Assembly: GCA_010093995.1 (NCBI GenBank)
Contig: ML992503.1
Location: 409,662-473,661 of the forward strand
DNA from: Elsinoe ampelina
Taxonomy: Eukaryota
Direction of reading: 5' to 3'
DNA length: 64,000 nucleotides
Shown here: positions 60,693 through 64,000 of the stretch, in pieces
Layout of the letters: each line of letters opens with the position of its first letter
Numbering within the stretch: position 1 is the stretch's first letter
Translations under genes and position numbers: made by a program
Notes under the pieces: generated by a model
What the model was told of the DNA's origin: nothing
What the model saw: the letters and a program-made list of their open reading frames with translations, nothing else
The model's database searches: none

Positions 60693-61319
60693 TCACTTTC
60701 CCCCAACCTTCCTCAAACCCACCCCAAACCCCGGCTCATCCCTCTCCCCCTCCGCGACCTCAACAACATCTCCCTCAACCCACCCCTTCACCACCAACCT
60801 CTTCAAGAACTCCATAGTCCACTCCTGACACCTCCTATTCTTGACCTACCCTCCATCAGCATCCCCCCACCCTACACATCCATCTCTAGTACTCACCCCA
60901 TCCACCCTCTCCAGCACATCCTGCCCTCCCCTCGGCGCCTCCACCCCGACCGCCTCCCTCTCCACCCCCGATCTCGGTACGCGCTCCCTCACAACCTCTC
61001 CCCCACCATTGTGTCCGTCCGAGCAGAGAGACCCATTGATATAGCCGAGCAGCACGAGCTTCTCGCACTTCTCCCCTTCGGCAAACGGGTTAAAGGCACG
61101 CTTGAACTCGTGCACGAAGCCGGACATGGGGTTGCCGATGACGTGCATCTGGCAGCCCAGGATGGGGGTGGTCTTGTCGTTGGGATCATGGTGTGCGTGG
61201 GAAGGGTAGGGGATGAAGACGCCGAAGTGGCGGCGTTGGGAGGGGGTGGGTTGGTATTTGGCGAGGTAGAGGGGGAGGTGTTGGGGGGAACCCGATGCGG
61301 CTGGGGGCTCCGTTGACAT
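60693..61319 (-). CDS. Small conserved fungal hypothetical protein (DUF6540-like); intron 60896-60846
   Basis: HFGVFIP...MHVIGNPMSGFVHEFKR; after the 51-nt intron VKNRRCQEWTMEFLKRLV. Start could be 61346. Confidence 0.7.
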
Positions 61320-61540
61320 TGTGCGGTGAGTTTCGTTGATGGTCATGGGGAGGAGCAACTGGATCACTAGAGATCGAACAGTTCAGGTTTGTATGCTGCT
61401 GCCTAACGCGAGCTCACACGACCCAAGAGCACAGCAAGTCCATCCCAAACCACTTTTCATTCTGCCAGTATACCCCATGTATCATATATCTCGTTTCTTG
61501 CCAATGTCGGCATAACAATATCGTACATTCCCCCTTTCTC

Positions 61541-63469
61541 CTACTGCCCAGCTCGTACAAACCCCATCCTCTCAATGTTACTCATCATCTTACTCTTCCC
61601 ACTCCCCGCCCTCGCCAACCCACTCGGTCTCCCCAGCTTGCTCTCGGCGTACATACCGGGCGCCGGCGCCCTCATGCCCGTCGGCCGCGACAGACTCTTC
61701 CGAAAGTCCTCCACCACCGCGGGGGGGACGCTGTCCGTCGCCTGCAACGACAGCATCTCGTCCACGGCGGCGACGAGTTCACCTTTCTCTGCGCGCTCGG
61801 CTTCGAGCTCCTCCACTAGACGAGCGTGATCTGCCATTACGGTTTGGAGTTCTGTCTCCATGCCTTTGAGGCGGGCGACGTGCTCTTCTGTCTCGGCGCG
61901 GAGACGTTCGATCTCGGCGCGCTTTTCCTCGAGGTCGAGCTTGCCGATGCCGAGTTCGCCGGTGAAGGTCTCGTCTCGGCCTGTCTTGAGGTCGTCGTTG
62001 AGGCGGGTCATTTCGTCTAGTCTGGCCTGGAGTTCGGCGCAGCGCTTCTCGCCTCGCGCTTCGTAGCTCTTCTTGAGGGTCGCGACTTTGGTTTCGTGCT
62101 TCTTCTTGTACACTCCGTGGAGCTCTCGACTGACTGCTTCGATCCGTGCATCAAGTTGCATGCCGACTAATCTTTGGACCTCGTCTTGCACTGCACCTTG
62201 GCCGCCTTCGCCCGCCATTCGCTCGAGCATCTCTCCGACTCGTCGTTCGGCATCCTCTGCCCGTCTCTCGCTCTCTTCAACCCGACCTACCAATCCCTCG
62301 CGCTCGCCTTCCATCCGCAAGACCTCTTCCCTAACAGAACCCAATACCCTCTCAACCTCTTCTCCCCTCTTCTCCCAAGAATCCTTTTCCCTCTCCGCTT
62401 CTTCTCGCTTGATTCGTTCCAGTCGGCCTTGCTCCTCTGCCTCGCCTACCCTTCTTTCCGCATCCTCGAGTGCCTTCTTCAGACTCTCCACTTCCGCTTC
62501 CTTGCCGGACAGCTTTGCCTTGACAGAGCTGATCTGGCTCGCGAAGCCACTCTTCAAAGCCTCCACTTCTCTTGCTGATACGGATGGGGCAGATCGCGGG
62601 GTTGGTGGAGGTGGTAATTCGAAATCGAGGAGATTCATAAGCGCAGCACTCTGCCGTGATGACTTGGCTGGGGAACGAGAGTTGTTGATGTATGAGAGGA
62701 GATTAGACTCTGTGCGTGAGGGAGATAGACCGCCGCGTTGTGGGGAAGGGTAGGTGGACATTTGTTGTGTAAAGTCTATGAGCAGAGAGGTAGTCTCATC
62801 TTTTACTGTGGATGGACGCGAACGACGCGGCGTCGGTGAAGGTGATCGTGAAGGGGAGACCCGTCTCTTTTGCCGTGGGGTTGAAGAGTCGATGTGTGTT
62901 TGGTAGAGAGGTTTCGAGGGTGAGAGTTTGGCAAAACGTGTCATGTCAGGTGCTTCAGAAAAGGTACTGAAGCAAGTGTCGTCAATGGTCGGATCTTCTG
63001 GGATTGAGTCGTTTGTGGGCGTTCGCAAGGGCTTAGGTCGAGATGGAGTCGAGTCATACATGTGTGAGCCGGAGGGCTTCTTTGCTGTTGACGTTGTCGA
63101 CAGAGTCGGAGATGAAGAGCGCTTGATCGTGCTAGGAGGCAGCATTTGTCCTCGTGTGGACGCAGGTGTTGGCTTGCTCGTAGTATTGTTCCCGACCTCT
63201 TCGTACGCCGACTTCGCTGGTGTGTCCGCTGGGAAGTCATGCACACACCCCGGCCCAGCATTCTCTTTATCGACTTCCATGACAATCTTTGAAGCTTTGA
63301 AGGGTGTTTGCTGAGCGTCACTGAAGATGTCTGCCGTCTCGGAATTCACAGAAGCATGTTGTAGTGTTTTGCTGGGTGCTCTGCTAGCGTCGTTTACTTC
63401 GGTGATGAAGGGGGAGCTAGGTGGACTTCCGTCGTCGTCCCAAATGATGATAGAGTCGCCAGTATCCAT
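61541..63469 (-). CDS. Coiled-coil protein of the fungal TACC/Slk19-like family (642 aa)
   Basis: SP/TP-rich N-terminus; coiled coil with VSRELHGVYKKKHETKVATLKKSYE. Confidence 0.78.
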   Translation of the reverse strand: MDTGDSIIIWDDDGSPPSSPFITEVNDASRAPSKTLQHASVNSETADIFSDAQQTPFKASKIVMEVDKENAGPGCVHDFPADTPAKSAYEEVGNNTTSKPTPASTRGQMLPPSTIKRSSSPTLSTTSTAKKPSGSHMYDSTPSRPKPLRTPTNDSIPEDPTIDDTCFSTFSEAPDMTRFAKLSPSKPLYQTHIDSSTPRQKRRVSPSRSPSPTPRRSRPSTVKDETTSLLIDFTQQMSTYPSPQRGGLSPSRTESNLLSYINNSRSPAKSSRQSAALMNLLDFELPPPPTPRSAPSVSAREVEALKSGFASQISSVKAKLSGKEAEVESLKKALEDAERRVGEAEEQGRLERIKREEAEREKDSWEKRGEEVERVLGSVREEVLRMEGEREGLVGRVEESERRAEDAERRVGEMLERMAGEGGQGAVQDEVQRLVGMQLDARIEAVSRELHGVYKKKHETKVATLKKSYEARGEKRCAELQARLDEMTRLNDDLKTGRDETFTGELGIGKLDLEEKRAEIERLRAETEEHVARLKGMETELQTVMADHARLVEELEAERAEKGELVAAVDEMLSLQATDSVPPAVVEDFRKSLSRPTGMRAPAPGMYAESKLGRPSGLARAGSGKSKMMSNIERMGFVRAGQ

Positions 63470-64000
63470 TGAAATATATCCCGGCTAAAACTGAGAGTCA
63501 ATGCTGAGGTTCAAGAGTGGTCGCGAAATTGGTCGTGAACAAACAAGTGTTGATGGCAGTGTTGACAAAGCCAAACATGGTTGCCGCCAAGCCGAAGCTG
63601 CGGCCCCACCTTGTACTTTTCTCCCCTCGCATTCTTATGTGCACTCTATACCGACAGATACTGTTCCAGTCAGCTCATCCCAACCTCCATACTTTCGCAT
63701 GAAGGCATTCCAAATGAATTAGCTCCAGGATACGACTACAGGTTCAATCATGGGCAGGAGGTCAACCATCGCGAGTGGCAGCAGGAGTACCCCTTGAGGG
63801 AGACTCGATCGGAAGATCACATCGGAAACTCTGCAAAGAGGAGCCGTACCAAGAGGTAGCAGAGACCTACAATTGTCCTCGCGCAGGGAGGCAGTGCTTG
63901 ATGAAAACTTCCTGCAGTGAAGCATGTCGATCATCTCGAAAAGTTGCCGTCCATGATAGCGTCTCGATCTCGGATGTCAACGGATCTGCAGAGATGCGAT

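Noticed and set aside
63581..64000. Possible gene start at the right edge
   Set aside because: Only short ORFs with no recognisable product or clear splice pattern.

Overview
Gene-dense nuclear DNA of a filamentous ascomycete (Pezizomycotina; mostly 47-59 nt introns with CTRAY branch points). Housekeeping genes: divergent FAS2/FAS1, MEC1/ATR, COX16, an HSL-family hydrolase, ARP5, NMT1/THI5 with an intronic TPP riboswitch, YKT6, IES6, SLH1, mitochondrial L50 and a TACC/Slk19-like protein. An accessory stretch holds two paralogous secreted Cys-rich proteins (32031-38980), a relic third copy (24147-24401) and a metallo-beta-lactamase. The standout is 40845-41029: a tRNA-Cys(GCA) gene that folds into a complete 72-nt cloverleaf only after removing a canonical anticodon-loop intron plus two introns that carry full spliceosomal signals (50-nt GC-AG in the D-loop, 49-nt GT-AG in the T-stem). 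All calls come from reading the sequence and recalling family motifs; no searches were run.
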